From Felis catus (taxonomy: Eukaryota), in contig NC_058368.1 of NCBI RefSeq assembly GCF_018350175.1, positions 156,924,001 to 156,988,000 on the forward strand: DNA of 64,000 nucleotides, in the 5' to 3' direction. The position numbers were made by a program, and so were the translations under genes. Shown here one piece after another: positions 36,614-50,510 of this stretch (position 1 is the stretch's first letter; each line of letters begins with the position of its first letter). The notes beneath the pieces were generated by a model. It searched no databases. It saw only the letters and a program-made list of their open reading frames with translations, and was not told the origin of the DNA.

Positions 36614-37869
36614 GCGCAGCAGCAGAAGCCGGGAGTGCCCGGCGGCTTCAGGACAGCTCGGGGGAAAGACGCGGCCGCCGCCAAGGTTCTTCGGCCGCCA
36701 GACTCCGGCGCCGCCTCTTCCTCCCGCACCTGCCGGTGTGGGCTGGCGCTGTCACCGAATCCCGGCCGCCGAGCCTGCAAAGTTTCTGGCTCAGAGCTGC
36801 GCAGCTCCAGTCCCCTGGACTCCCCAAGGCCGCGCCCTGGCTTCCTCTCCTCGCCGGCTTTGGGCTGGGGAAGCTACACGCACCCGAGCGTGCGCGTCCA
36901 GCTGCGCCAAGGACCGCACCCTGAGCCCTCAGGGCAGCACCTGTCAGCGGCGGGGGCGGCTGCTTCCCAACTGGGCGCGCGCGCGACTCGCACAGCAGGG
37001 CGGATCGGGCTGAAGACAACTGCGACCAGCAGCCGCACAGGAGCACCCCGGACCATCCTCCAGTTCCTGGGTGGGAGGGTGGGCAGGCGAGAGCCGGGTG
37101 GAGCTGAGTAGGGACTGGCGCCAGGTTGCTCCCCAGAATCTGGCCACAGCTCCCCCGCGCAGCTCTCTTTGGGCCGGCGGCTGGACGCGCCCGCCGACTA
37201 GTGTCTGGGTCCAATGAAGTGAGCTGGAGAAAAGATTATGCGCCCTGGGTGGGTCGTGTGGGGCACAGAACGCCCTTATCGAGAGTGAACCTGACCGAAT
37301 TCTGGGCTTGAAGACCGCTGCTTCCGCCCCGTATTGTGACCTGCATCCAACAAGAGTTTGATTTCTTCTGTCTTGACTTCATCCCTTCCATCCCCCTTGC
37401 TCTCTATTTGCGTGTACACCGGTAGTTCCTTTTGTGGTTCGGGTCTAGAGGTTTCCGGAGTCTGACCATAAATTAGCCAGCCCTAAAGTTGCAGGGAGTT
37501 GTTGGTGGACGAAATGAGAGGATGCCCACTGCCTCTGACACTATTCCAAACCCAGAGAATCTTGCTTTCGTGCAAGGCAAATGGAAAAGGTTTTGTTTAG
37601 CTCATTCAGTCTGAATGAGTCAGTCTGAATCTACTGATCCAAGGGTCTTCTGATTCTGTTAAGTGAGCCTCTTGAAACGCAGGTGACACCTTGTCCCTTC
37701 CCTCCTCCATTGTCCTTTGCACCACTAAACGTGGAAAACATGGAAGAGTTCTCTGAGCTTTGGCACTGTGCTGATTCCAGTCTCCTCTAGCTAGCAATAT
37801 GCTCTCAAGGTCTTACCAACCCCTCTAAGCTTTTTAGTCGTCTTCTTTATTTTTTTTCCCCTTTATAAC

Positions 37870-38610
37870 AAGTACTTAACACATTTACCGAGCACCTACT
37901 CTGTTCCAAGCAATGCAGTAGGTTCTGGGGATGAAGCCGCGAACAAGGCAGACAAGCCCTCGACCTCATGGAGCCCATCTTCCAGTAGGAGAGTCAAACA
38001 GTGAACAGAATTTCTAATAGTGAAAAGTCCCACGGAGAAAATAAAACAGGTTACCATAACAGGGTGGCTAAGGAGGAAGGGTTACCAAATAAACTGTAGG
38101 ACATCCAGTTAAAGTTAAATTGCAGACAATTTTTGAGTATAGATATGTCCCAAATATTGTACAAGACTTGCTAAAATACCTTTAGTTGTTTATCTGAAAT
38201 TCAGGTTCAACTGGGTATTTTGTATTTTTTATTCCTGAAGCTGACTACCCCCTACAAAGGGTTGTGGGGCTTATTTGTTTTTTTTAAACTAAAAGTCTAT
38301 TGAGAAACTAAAATTTGAATTGAGACTTACTGAGGACAGAGAGATAGCCACTGAAAGATCTGACTACAGCCTTCCAGGCAGAAGGAACAGCAGTTGCAAG
38401 GGCCCCAGGCAGGAAGCAGCTTGGCTAGGCAAGTTCAAGGAAGGTGGAGACCAGTGCATATAGAAAGGAGCAAAGTGAGCAGAGTTGGTGAGAGATGGAG
38501 TGGAAGAAATGGACAGGATCCTGGTGGATGGGTCCCATAGCCACAGGAAGAGTCTGAGGTTCCTGTAAGTGAAATGGGGAGCCATTAGAGAGTTTTTAAA
38601 CAAGAACCCC
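37870..38610 (-). mobile_element. L2 3' fragment interrupted by a MER53-like element
   Basis: acatttaccgagcacctactctgttccaagc...ggttctggggat; ccaggcagaaggaacagcagttgcaagggccc. Confidence 0.75.
38078..38251. mobile_element. MER53-like hAT MITE (palindromic)
   Basis: agggttacca...ggacatccagttaaa...gtcccaaatattg...gttgtttatctgaaattca...aactggg. Confidence 0.8.
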
Positions 38611-39299
38611 ATAGGGAGTTTTAGGAATTAAGTGGAAAAGGACTTAGCTCAATGCCTGAGGCTTTTCCACACATGATAGTGACGCTTAAAATGCCACAAC
38701 CACAAAATATTACCTCACTATAGAGCTACCACAATAGTCCAAAAAGAACGGCAGTATACAGAAGTCTTCTCTATAACACGGGGACATTATTTTGTTACTA
38801 ATTTTTCTAGGACGTGGTGAACAAAAGCATACAGAAAGTAAGAAGTACAAAATCATTGGAGAGAATTAAGAAGAAATGACCACCACTTCTTACCAAAACT
38901 CTTGATAAATATGCCAACTTGTCATATTTATATGATGACATGGCGTTGTGGACCTATGGAGATAACTCCACACAATTCAACCTTACATAGTCTTTTAATG
39001 ATGCATCTAATTGACTTTTATAGTTTAATATTTTCATTTTTCTCCTCTATCTAATTTTCCCTGAAAATACTCTCAGATTTTGGGTTCTGGGCTCTATGAT
39101 CCATCCCACATAACACTTATCTGTCAATGTGGATTCATTTATACAGCTTGAATATGTCTATGTAACTCACATATGTAACTTTTCCTAATTATCTAGAGTG
39201 GATTATAAAATGAGAGGTTGTCCTACAAATTTTGCATTATATAAAGTTGCACTAGATATGTCCAATGAGTTTTTGTATTTAAGAGAAGGTACAAAAACT

Positions 39300-40180
39300 A
39301 CAACACAAGGGGAAAGCGAATGGTACAAATTGATCACTGAGGGAATACGGAGGAGTGAAGAATCACTTCTGGCCTGACTGATCAAGGAAGATTTCTTGCT
39401 GGAGGCACCATCTGAGCTAAGATCTATTGCAGGCGACAGAGTATACCAGGAAGATAGATGGCCACCCACCAGGGAAAACCAAATTCATCGCACATAGCAT
39501 AAGTTCAATAAATGTTAGCTGTTCTTTTTATTATAGTTTACTACCCATCTTAAACATTGATAGAGCATCTGTTGCTTGAATTAATATGAAATTAATAGAT
39601 GCATCACACATTGATATACAGGAGGTTGGGAAGGTGATGGATAAGGTAATATTTCACCACAAACCGAAAGGAGGGGAGGGAGTGAACCAAGTACTGAATC
39701 TGAAGGAAATTTTTTCCAGGAAGAGGGAACATTAAATATGAAGAGGCAGAGGACAAAATTTGCTCAGCCTGAGATATGGCAAAGAAAACAAAATAGCTAG
39801 AACAGAGAAAGCAAGAGGTTAATGAGAGGGGAAGAATTGCCGAGACGGCTAAGGGCCAGATCGTGTACGATTCTGTGGCCAACAGCGAGGACTTTGGATT
39901 TGGGTGGGTGGGAAGCCACTAGGAGTCTTTGAGTAGAGTTTCTTTATAATCCAGTTTGCATTTTAAAAGATTCATTGTGGTCATTTCATTTTGTGGACAG
40001 TAAAGTAGAGGAAGGGAATGGGTAGAAACAGAGTTTAGATCAGAGCTGTCACTCATTATAGTACCGGAGGGACAAGGGTGGCTTTGAGCTTTACCTGAGA
40101 AGTGATGTGAGTAATTAAATTCTAGATACAAGAAGTTTGGAGGACAGAAGCAACAGGACTAGCCATGGTCTAGACATGGA
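39300..40180 (-). mobile_element. L2 fragments
   Basis: catctgagctaagatct; ttccaggaagagggaaca; gaggactttggattt...gggaagccact; tgcattttaaaagattca. Confidence 0.65.
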
Positions 40181-41619
40181 GTACCCCAGCATTATGCTTA
40201 ACAGTTTTCATCATTTACTATATGTAATTCTCACAGCAACCCCATTTTGTAGACCAAGGAACCAAGTCTGAAGCATGTGATAGGATTGTGCAAGGTCAGT
40301 CACTGAGTAGTTAGCAGATTCCAGGTCTAGGGATTCCAAAGCCACATCCCTTCTTTAATTTCAAAATGTACGCATAAATAAAGAGAATCAAATAATTGAA
40401 CAAGGCCTCAAAAGATGCACTGATCCATGTCCTTGCCTTGGGTGAGCAACAAGACTCTCTTGGACAGAACCACAACTTCCACTTGATGAGATCAAGGACA
40501 TAAATGCAAGCATAAAAACAACATTTTGGGGATTAATTGAGTTAAAGGCCAACTAAATGGCACTTAAGTAGCCCTCTTGTCAGTGGAGCCCTGGCTGCTG
40601 TCCCAGCTCCCAGCATTGGGCCAGATGCCTTCATGCCCTCATGTCTTCTATCAGTCTCTAAAATGGGGATAATAATACCTATTGGCCTGACCCACCACAC
40701 AAGGACCCAATTGAAAGCCAATGCAGGCAGCATTTTTGATGAGTAAAGCCTGTCTACGAGAGAGGCGTTATCATCACTTTGTAATCAAAAACAAGAAAAG
40801 CTATGAGACTGACTTGTTCCAACTTACATGGAAAAACCCTGCCGGTGTGGAGAGAAGCATTTTAAACCTTTAAAAACCAAGAACCCAGTCATCACAGTTC
40901 CACCTATTGAGATGCCTTCTGACTATCCAGTCAGCTCAATGGACCAAACCCCTGTTCAGGTGTCAACAAGTTTTTGCCTTTTTCTTCCCTGAAAGTTTTC
41001 TGGACAGTTCTCAAATGCAGTTTAATGTTGAAGTACCTTCAGAGAAGCTATTTCTGTTACCTTTGTTTAACCTAAGTCACTTCCTATTTTCTTCCAAACC
41101 GGAGTGGTAAAAAATTCTAGGGTCCTAGACCAAGAGATGCTCTGGAATTTCTATGTTGGAAGAGTGTCATGTGGCTTGAATGGATGAGGGGGGGTACTGA
41201 AGCTGCCTTTAACATAATTTTTTTTTACATCAATTGTCCTTATAAAAGAAGAGAAGAAGGGGTTAACTGGAGATTTGGAGAGAGAAAAGACTTCCTTGCC
41301 CACTTCCCATTGCCAGTTCTATATGGCACAAAGTCAGAAGACGTGGGCATTTGCCTGGTGTTGCACCTAAGTGCTCTGTAACCACAGGCAGCCCGTAGAG
41401 CCTCAGTGTTTTCATTAGCAAAAGAAGAAATAGAATTTGTTTCCCTTCAAGGTCCCTTTCAGCTTAAAAATTATGTAAGGTTCTGTAACAATTCTCCAGT
41501 GTAGGATATAATCCATCTACTCATTCCTGGTCTGATGTCCTACTTTCAGTGGTATACACAAAGGCAGATACTACTGGACAGGCATGTAAATAGCCCCCTT
41601 TGAACATAAAGGATGTCAC

Positions 41620-41996
41620 AGAAGATTTTAGGGCCCTACTCCTATCTGTCGGGTCTCAGCACTTCAGGGTGGGCGTCTGATCTCTCTGCCACACCGTCCC
41701 CCGGTGCCTGGAATAGCTCTTAACCAATGAATTCAAGGAGATGATGTATAGATATTTTGAGCTCCCTATCCTATCCTATCAGGTAGGATAACTCAGAGGC
41801 AGGGATTCTATCTTTTCCCCAGTTTTGGTGCCTTTGGTGCCATTTGGGTTGATAACATACCCTTTCTCAGCTGCCTTTCTTTCCTGTCTCACATGCCTCC
41901 TCTCCTAACACTGCTCCCTCCACCACACAAATAAACTGCTTGTGTTTGAATCTTTGTCACTAAGTTGGCTTCTGGCAGAACCCAAACTAAAACACA
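41620..41996 (+). mobile_element. ERVL LTR (LTR16/LTR33-like)
   Basis: 3' end aataaactgcttgtgtttgaatctttgtc...gcttctggcagaacccaaactaaaaca. Confidence 0.6.
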
Positions 41997-42397
41997 TTAT
42001 GTGCACATTTCAATCTTTCACTAATGAAATTCCCAATTTGACTACTCAATGAGAATAAAAGTAATGTTCTCTAGCAAGATTCCTTTGGGCCATACAATTA
42101 ATTCTCTTATAGGGAGCTATAAAGACAAAGTTTATCCCCCAACCTACAATCAATCCCCTAAAAGTGAGATCCCTTGAGAATCAGAGTTTCCACCTATGAT
42201 TTGCCTTCTAAAGTATTCAATAGGGTGGGCTTCTCAGCATCCATTACATTCTAGAAGATTAGTCTCAGCTGATCATGGTCATTTCATCCCTTTTGTCAGA
42301 TCTGTAACCAATCCTGGAAACTCTAAGGGTACATTACCTAGGACTGGATTCCACTGCAAGTAACACACACACACACAAACTTCAACATGTTCAAGAA

Positions 42398-42610
42398 GAC
42401 TGTCTTAACTATAGAGAACCAACTAATGTTTACCCAAGGGGAGGTAGGCAGGGGGATGCGTTAAATAGATGATGGGGATTAAGAGGGCACTTGTGATGAG
42501 TACCTGGTGTTGTATATAAATGTTGAATCACTAAGTTCTGTACTTGAAACTAATATTACACTGTATATTAACTAACTGGATTTTAAATAAAAATTTGGGA
42601 AAAGAAAAAA
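42398..42610 (+). mobile_element. Carnivore L1 extreme 3' end
   Basis: ggggaggt...gatggggattaagagggcacttgtgatgag...ttgaaactaatattacactgtat...aactaactgga...taaataaaaa. Confidence 0.85.
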
Positions 42611-43274
42611 GTCTGAAAGCCGTCACTCAGATTGAGTTTGGCATTCCTACCTCATTGCTCCACCACATATGACTACATTCCCAAAGTCACTCACACTTCA
42701 TCATAAGCAGTGGGGCTCCAGTCATTACATTCACCTGCAGGTAAATAGGAGAAAAGGGTAGAGTATGCCCCACCTTTAAAGTTCCTTACCAACTCTTCTT
42801 ATATCCCAGGACTTAGAACTCAGGTATGTGGCCATGCTTCACCACAAAATCTTGATTCTAGGCAGTCATGTGTCCAGCTGAGAAATCTGGGGTTTCATTA
42901 TTGAAGAAGAGGGGGAAGGTGGAAATTGGGGTGACAACAAGCAGAGTATGACATGGAGGAGTGGTCATTTGAGGGGCTTCTTCACTCATAAAGAGGAGGC
43001 ACAAACTAACTGATCTCTTTTCTTTATCCACATGTTTTCGTGTTTGGTGAGATGTGTGGAAGTGCTGCCCATCTCCCTAGGAACCCGAGGAAGAAGGGAA
43101 CACCATTGTTGGCAGAGAAGAACCGACCTCAGTTCTGGATGTCATTGTGCTACAGAATCAGTCAGTCCTTGAGGCCTTCCTTATTCTGATCCTATTATTA
43201 TGTAGTTATCCATCTATAATTATTAAGTAGTAAATTAATTTGTCTAGATTTTTAGCCAGTTTTAGCTGAGCTTT

Positions 43275-44843
43275 AGGTTTTTTGTTGCTGTCATAACAAA
43301 TTTAACTGCTTAAAACAAATACCCATTTAGGGAGAAGATATTTACAAATGACATATCTGATGAAGGGTTAGTATCCCAAAACAAATAATCCAGTTGAGAA
43401 AAGGGCAGAAGACATGAGTAGACACTTTTCCAAAGAAGACATCCAGATGGCTAACAGACACATGAAAAGATGCTCAACATCACTCATCATCAGGAAAATA
43501 CTAATCAAAACCACGATGAGAAACCACCTCACACCTGTCAGAATGGCTAAAATTAACAACACAAGAAACAACAGTTGTCAGCAAGGACGTGGAGAAAGGG
43601 AGCCCTCTTGCACTGCTGGTGGAAATGTAAACTGTTGCAGCCACTCTGGAAAACAGTATGGAGGTTCCTCAAAAAGTTAAAAATAGAGCTGTCCTATGAT
43701 CCAGCAATTACACTACTAGATATTTACCCAAAGGATACAAAATACAGATTTGGAGGGGTACACGTACCCTGATGTTTATAGAAACATTATCAACAATAGC
43801 CAAGCTATGGAAAGAGCCTAAATGTCCATCAACTGATGAATGGATAAAAAAGATATGGTATCCACACACTGGAATATTACTCAGCCATTTAAAAAAAATG
43901 GAATCTTGCCATTTGCAATGATGTGGATGGTGCTAGAGGGTAGTATGCTAAGTGAAATAAGTCAGAGAAAGACAAATACCATATGATTTAATTCATATGT
44001 GGAGTTTAAGAAACAAAACAGATGAACATATGAGAGGGGGAAAGAGAGAGAGAAAACAAACCATAAGAGACTCTTAATGATAGATAACAAACTGAGGGGT
44101 GATGGGGGAGGTGGTGGAGGATGGGTTGGATGGATGATGGGTATTAAGGAGAGTACTTGTTATGATGAGGGCTGGGTATTATACATGAGTGAGGAATTTT
44201 GAAATTCTACTCCTGAAACCACTATTAACTAACGAGAATTTAAATAAAAATTTGAAAAGAAAAAAAACTAAACTAAAACAAGACAAATATCCATTTATGG
44301 TCTCACAGTGTTTGTCATTCGGATATCTGGTCAAAGCATCGCTTCACGGTTCCTCTGCTTCAGGCCTCACAAGACGGAAACCCAAGTGTTGACCAAAATA
44401 CATAAAGCGCTCCTTTAGGAAGGCCCTGGTAAAGAATTTGCTTTTAAGCTCATTCACATTGTTGACTGAATTAAGTTCTATGCCCTTGTAGGGCTGAGAT
44501 CCCTGTTTTCTTGCTGGCTGTCCACAGGAACAGGGGCGAGGAGTCATACTTAGCTTCTAGAGACTACCTGCATTCCTTGGCTCAGGGCCCTTTTCATCTT
44601 CAAAGCCAACAATGACAGACTAGGTCCTTCTCACATTTCAGATCTCAACCACCTCCACTTCTGCCTAATCTCTCTTATTGACTCTTTTGCTGGTTTGTTG
44701 TATCAAGAGCTCAGGTGATCGCAGTGGAAAACTTAATTACACCTACAAAGTCCCTTTACACTTATACCAATACTGGCATCTGATTGAATAACAAAAGGAC
44801 AAGAACCTCTGGGCAGACATCTTTAGAATTCTAGTTACCACAA
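43275..44843. mobile_element. MLT1D/E-like MaLR LTR, split by an L1 insertion
   Basis: ttgctg...taacaaat...gcttaaaacaa...cattta resumes at tctcacagt; ends catctttagaattct...ccaca. Confidence 0.7.
43330..44278 (+). mobile_element. 5'-truncated carnivore L1 (ORF2 C-terminus plus 3'UTR), frameshifted
   Basis: ORF pieces [22 protein letters not shown] and [36 protein letters not shown] acaaata(c/t)ccattta. Confidence 0.95.
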
Positions 44844-45020
44844 GTTTCCTAGAACCCAGTGTGTCCTGATTGACACATCCTCATTGTAGACCAGAAGAAC
44901 AAATACATCTCCCCAGAATGCCTCATTAACAGTAGGGCATTAGACCCAGAGGAACTGGCTCAGTGTTACCAAGTAGCAGAATTAAGACACATTGATATTC
45001 ACTAATAATAAGAACACTGA

Positions 45021-45246
45021 GGGGTGCCTAGGTGGCTCCCTCAGTTGAGTGTTCAACTTCAGCTCAGGCCATGATCTCCTGGTTTGTGAGTTCAAGCCCT
45101 GTTTTGGCTCTGTGCTGACAGCTCAGAGCCTGGAGCCTGCTTCAGATTTCTGTGTCCCCCACGCTCTCTGCCCCGCCCCCACTCATGCATGTGCTCTCTC
45201 TCTTTCTCTCTCTCTCTCAAAAATAAACAATAAATTTTTTTTTTTA
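45021..45246 (+). mobile_element. Can-SINE
   Basis: TSD aataagaacactga. Confidence 0.95.
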
Positions 45247-45801
45247 AATAAGAACACTGAGAGGATGCTAAACAGTGCAGATCTTTACTCTTTGCTGTGT
45301 TATTTCAAATCTGGCCATTTTGCTAATTACAATCACAATGCTCCCCTATTTTCCCCTAACAGGATGCTTTCCCAGGTTGCAATCAGTTTTTGGTTTGTTT
45401 CAAATCCAATCCCCTAACTCACACATTTTTCTCTGAGATAAAGTGGTTATTTAAAAAATACACATTATTGATTTCAAACCAGTGCCTAAAACTTCAGCAG
45501 CCTTTCTGGCAAGCTTTGTTTTAAAAATGCCTGCATTGGGAATACAAGAGAAAGAACTAGTTAGAAAAAACTTTTGTAGAGTTTTATTCTGAGGTGACCT
45601 TCTGTCTGAATCCCATAGGGGAGGCAGGAAAACGGAAGGAAAGATGGAGTAGCTAAATGTGTATAATCATCCTTGGAATAATAAAATCAAGTATAATGTA
45701 TTTTACGAAGAAAATCTTTCAGTGAAACTACCTTGGCTAAAATAGATTTCTCAGATCCTGATTTGTAACCAGTAAGTCCATCCCCCAGGCTTATTTGTAA
45801 T

Positions 45802-46006
45802 CTTTTTTTTTAGGTTTATTTATTTTGAGGGAGAGAGAGAGAGAGCAAGAGCAGGAGAGGGGCAGAGAGAAAGAGGGAGAAAGAGAGAGAATCCCGCATT
45901 GACAGTGCAGAGCCCAATGCAGGCCTCAAACCCACAAACAGTGAGATCATGACCTGAGCTGAAACCAAGAGTCAGACATTTAACCAACTGAGACACCCAG
46001 GTGCCC
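45802..46006 (-). mobile_element. Can-SINE
   Basis: Reverse SINE; approximate TSD ttatt..taatctt. Confidence 0.93.
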
Positions 46007-47343
46007 TCGTTTATTCTTAATCTTGATGTCTGCTACCATTCGCAGTTAAACCTCTAAATTCTAGCCATGTAATTACACAGATAGTACAGGTATTATTTTC
46101 CCCCTTTGACAGAACACCTAAGAAACTAAGGTATGAGGGGACTTGGCCCAGATCTCATATAAAATCAGTGGTGGGATCAGTGAGATAATTACAAACGGCA
46201 ACATCTTTTAGGGTTTGAACCACCCTTCCTCCCCACCATTCCCAGTGTACATGGAACTATTTCTCATTCCATTATATGATTCAGCAGATTGGATCCAAGC
46301 ACAATTTAACCACTCCAATATCAAGAAATGTTTGTCTTTGTCAGGATACATCACACAATAGCCTCAACTCCAAAGACATCAAGACTGGCATTGCAAAGCC
46401 TTGGCTCAGGCTGGATGGCAACACCTGGGAACTCTGCACATTTCCCCCAGCCTTGGGTTAAGAAATGAATTTGAGGCAGAGAAATTGCTGCCATAAATAA
46501 ACAAAATGGCACTCACCATTTATGGACACTGTCATCTATCTATAAATACAACTTCTGTGCTCTAATGAGATTGGATATATGGCAAGAGGGCTAGGAACTA
46601 TAAGGAGAATTTGACATTGCAAATAGTGTATTGGAATAAAAAATCAGTCCTGTTAACTTCTTTGCAGATGGGCAGAAAAATATAGCTCCTTTAGGTTTCC
46701 TGTAACTAATCTGGTTTTCTTCTAGAGTAATGCTATCCAACCAAATTAAATGGTGAAAAAATAATGAAATATCCAACCCAATTTTAACAATCACTAAGAT
46801 TCCATCATTTAGACAGTCTCTTTAGGAAATGCCTACAGTCTTCTTGGGGCAAAATGTTTGTCTCTTAGGTAGGTTTCTCTCCCCTTGTTACTCTTCCTAA
46901 GAAGGTATCTGGGTTACTGGGGAAAGGATGCATCTTTTACATATTCATCAAAGGTAGTGTCATCTACCTCTTCGGCTCTGGGAGAGATGTCCTTTGTCTA
47001 TCTGCTTTGCCTGCTAAGATTGTGAGCAAGTATGCACTCATATCCTAATCAGAGCCCAAAGAAGCCCCCAGATGACTCAATGTTTCCTTGTCTCCTGGCT
47101 AGGGTCCCTAACATGTATCTGTCATTTCTCTTTCCCATCCTGGACCCAATTATTCATACTAAGCTTCTACTATGAGGCCACCTCAGCCTACTGGCATTTG
47201 ACTCCATAACACAGGAAATGAGTCGGACTCAGAGCTGAATGTCAGGGCCACCTCTGGCCTACTATAGAGCGTTACCTAGTCTTTGTTAATGTGGCTGCAT
47301 CCTAAATTGGTTTGCAACAGCTCTGGCCTCTGGGTGTAAATAG

Positions 47344-47347
<4 letters not shown>

Positions 47348-47391
<44 letters not shown>
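47348..47391. repeat. (CT)n microsatellite
   Basis: About 21 CT units. Confidence 0.95.
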
Positions 47392-47394
<3 letters not shown>

Positions 47395-47575
47395 TCCCTT
47401 CTTTCCTACCTCCTATCTCTATCCCTACCCCATCCTCATCCTTCCCTCCCTATTCCTATCCCTAACTCCCCTGCCTTCCCTCCATACCCTCAGACTATCC
47501 TTTGGTATCCAGACAGGATAGGTTATCGTTCAGGGTTACTGCAGGAAATAGCACATTCAAATAAGGAAATTTTGA

Positions 47576-47762
47576 GGGGTGCCTGTGTAGTTCAGTCAGT
47601 TAAGCATCAGACTTCGGCTCATGTCATGATCTCACAGTTTGTATGTTCAAGCCCTGCATTGGGCTCTCTGCTGTCAGCACAGAGCTGGCTTTGGATCCTC
47701 TGTCTCCCTCTCCCTGCCCCTCCCCTGCTTGCTGTCTTAAAAAAATAAATAAATATTTTTAA
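47576..47762 (+). mobile_element. Can-SINE
   Basis: TSD aaataaggaaattt. Confidence 0.95.
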
Positions 47763-50295
47763 AAATAAGGAAATTTCTATATAAATTTAATATATGTAAT
47801 TATTTTCAAAGCTGTGTCAAGGTTTAGAGCAGTGGTTCTCAGAATTTGATTTGGAGACCTGAGATCCTTTTAGGCCAAAGCTATTTTCCCAGTAATTCCA
47901 AGATGTCATGTGTCTTTTTCATAGTCAGTCTCCCACAAGTGTACAGCAGTTTCCCCAAGACTACACAGCATGTAATATTTATAAGAAAGGACATCATAAA
48001 CAACATAAAAGGTAAAATACAAAATGGGGAAGGGGAAAGAACTGCAAAATATATAACAGGAAAGAGATAAAAATAAAGAACTTATAAGGAACTCTTCAAA
48101 CTGATACAAAAGAGACAAACAACCTAATACAAAAATGGGCAAAAAACATGAACGGGAAATTCACAACATAGCACAAAGAAAAAAATGCAGATTTAAACCT
48201 CATGAAGATATTTTCCAATTTTATTACAGAGATTAATAAAATATAAAATTGCTTGAGGGTATCAGCTTTGTTATGGGTGTGGGGAATGGATATCACAGTT
48301 ATTACTAATGACTGTGTGAACTGTTAGAGCCACTTAAGAAGTCAATTTGGCAATACCTATTTAAATGCACATAATTCATGACTCAGGAATTCTACTCCTA
48401 GGCATCATCCTCACCCACACCTCCAAACTCTGCACGTAAATTAAATATACATGTAAGGATTGTATTGCAGCATTGTTAGAAATAGCAATAATGGTTAGTA
48501 ATAGCCAAATAAAAAAACCAAAAGGAAAATTTGAATGTCCTTCAACACAGGAATGATTATATCAGTGATGATTTATTTGTGCTATGAAATTTTAAGCAAT
48601 AGACAAAGAGAAAGGGAAAGATCAATATGTCTACATAAGAAAGATTACCAAAACATTGCTGAGTCAAAAAAAGCAAGTTATAAATAAATATTTATGTTAT
48701 AATAGCATATTTACATTTATAAGTAAATAAACAAGTTCACAAATAGAAATTAGTGGTACATTAAAAAGAATACACCACAACATATTTAGATTCATCTCCA
48801 CAGGGAAATAATAGTGTAATATTAGGGAATTTACAAAAATAGCATGTCCTATTAATTGGTCAAATGAGATCAAATAATACTTACAAAGCATAAAACAAAA
48901 TTTGACATTCTTTACTAATTTAAAAATCCTAGGAAAATAGAAAGAGATGGATAATTTCCTAACATGATATTATAATATATGTGTAAATTCCAAAGCCAGC
49001 AATAATGTTCATAGCAAAGTAATAGTAAAGGCAATCCTGTATAAGAACCAGGCAAGGGTCCCAAATAATGGCCCAGCTACTGCTAAGCGTTCTGCAGCAG
49101 TAAGCCAATGCATTTAAGTAAGAAAACAAAATAAGACGTGTAAATATTTGAAGAATGAGGCAATATTTTCATTATTTAGAGATGATAATCATTGTGTACT
49201 TGAAAAACTAAAGAAAAAAAGTGAAGAAAAAACAGTGGAGTAAGTTACAAAATTAATCTCAAAAAACAATAGTTGTCCTTTCTACAGAGATTATAAAATA
49301 AAACAGAAAAAATAATATTGTTAAAATAGTAACCAAAATATAAAAACCAAGCGAACAAAACAATATAAACACAAGAGCTATATGAGGAAAGCTTTAAAAT
49401 GTTATTGTGGGACATGAAAGAAGACTTGAATAGTTAAAAAACATCTAGCTGAGGAGATTCACTACTGAATAGCGATCATTTATATTTAAATGAATCCATA
49501 AAGTCAATGTGATCTTAATCAAAACACTAAGAATCTTTAAAACATGACTAAATAGTTAATAAAGTTCATTTGGAAAACTATGTTTGTAATGAAGAGTCAG
49601 AAAAACAAATCTGTAAAAGAAGAGTTTCAAGGAAGAAATTAGTCCCTTCAGAAATCAAAATTCATTATAAACTACAGTAATTTTAAAATTATAATACTGG
49701 TTCAGAAACAGACACAACTGATTAATGTTCAGAATGGAGTTTAGAAATAAACCTAAGTACCTACAGGTATTCAGTTTTTCATAAGGATGCTGTTTGAAAA
49801 TCAATAGTTAAAGATAAAACGTTTAGTTGAGATAAATAGCTAATCTTATAAAGAAAAATAAAACAAAATATATTCCTACCTCATACCTTTTAGCAAAGTA
49901 AATTTCAGATAGCTCAACTACTAATCCAATGCTAAGATAATTAATAATATCATAGCAGATTGAATTGAGTATATTAAAAGAATATCTAAGTGAATCGAAC
50001 ATCATTCATGAATGCAGATATTTTTGTCTGTTTTCTTCACTAATGGAAGATGCCTGACACACAGTTGTCATACAATAAATATTTGTTTGATGAATGCATG
50101 AATTACAGGCCAAAAAATTAATAAAGATAATAACTACCAAAGAAAATATAAACGATTTTTAAAAAATCTTTGAATCTCATTGTAATAGGAAATCCAGAAA
50201 CCACTGGGGGAAAAAAAGATTGATAAGCCCAGTCAAATGAAAATTAAATTTGTCCACTCAACGAAATTCCCACATATAAAAACACATGAGTGGCA

Positions 50296-50510
50296 GGGTG
50301 TCTGAGTGGCTCAGTGGGTTAAGTGTCCAACTTCAGCTTAGGTCATGATCTCACGGTTCGTGGGTTCGAGCCCTGCGACAGGCTCTGTGCTGACAGCTCA
50401 GAGCCTGGAGCCTGCTTTAGATACTGTGTCTCCCTCTCTCTGCCCCTCCCCTGCTAGCTTTCTCTCTCTCTGTCTCTCTCAAAAATAAATTAACATTAAA
50501 AAAAAAAAAG
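50296..50510 (+). mobile_element. Can-SINE
   Basis: TSD aaacacatgagtggca. Confidence 0.95.

Larger units (their letters stand above)
35650..37330. promoter_or_regulatory. MCTP1: CpG island / MCTP1 promoter and 5'UTR
   Basis: Abrupt very GC- and CpG-rich 1.7 kb block in otherwise AT-rich, CpG-poor DNA; spans exon 1; GC-box-like and CGCG motifs; no obvious TATA box. Exact TSS not determinable. Confidence 0.9.

Noticed and set aside
35713..36780. 355-aa ORF as a single-exon gene
   Set aside because: Starts at TTG in the leader and reads through a consensus splice donor; the supported CDS is 36501-35779.
36118..37111. Long plus-strand ORFs (268, 322 and 237 aa) and alternative minus frames over the CpG island
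   Set aside because: Expected stop-poor shadows of a very GC-rich exon; low-complexity translations; several start at non-ATG codons.
43368..43772. Hydrophobic and Cys/Trp-containing ORFs
   Set aside because: Sense and antisense translations of a frameshifted L1 ORF2 C-terminus.
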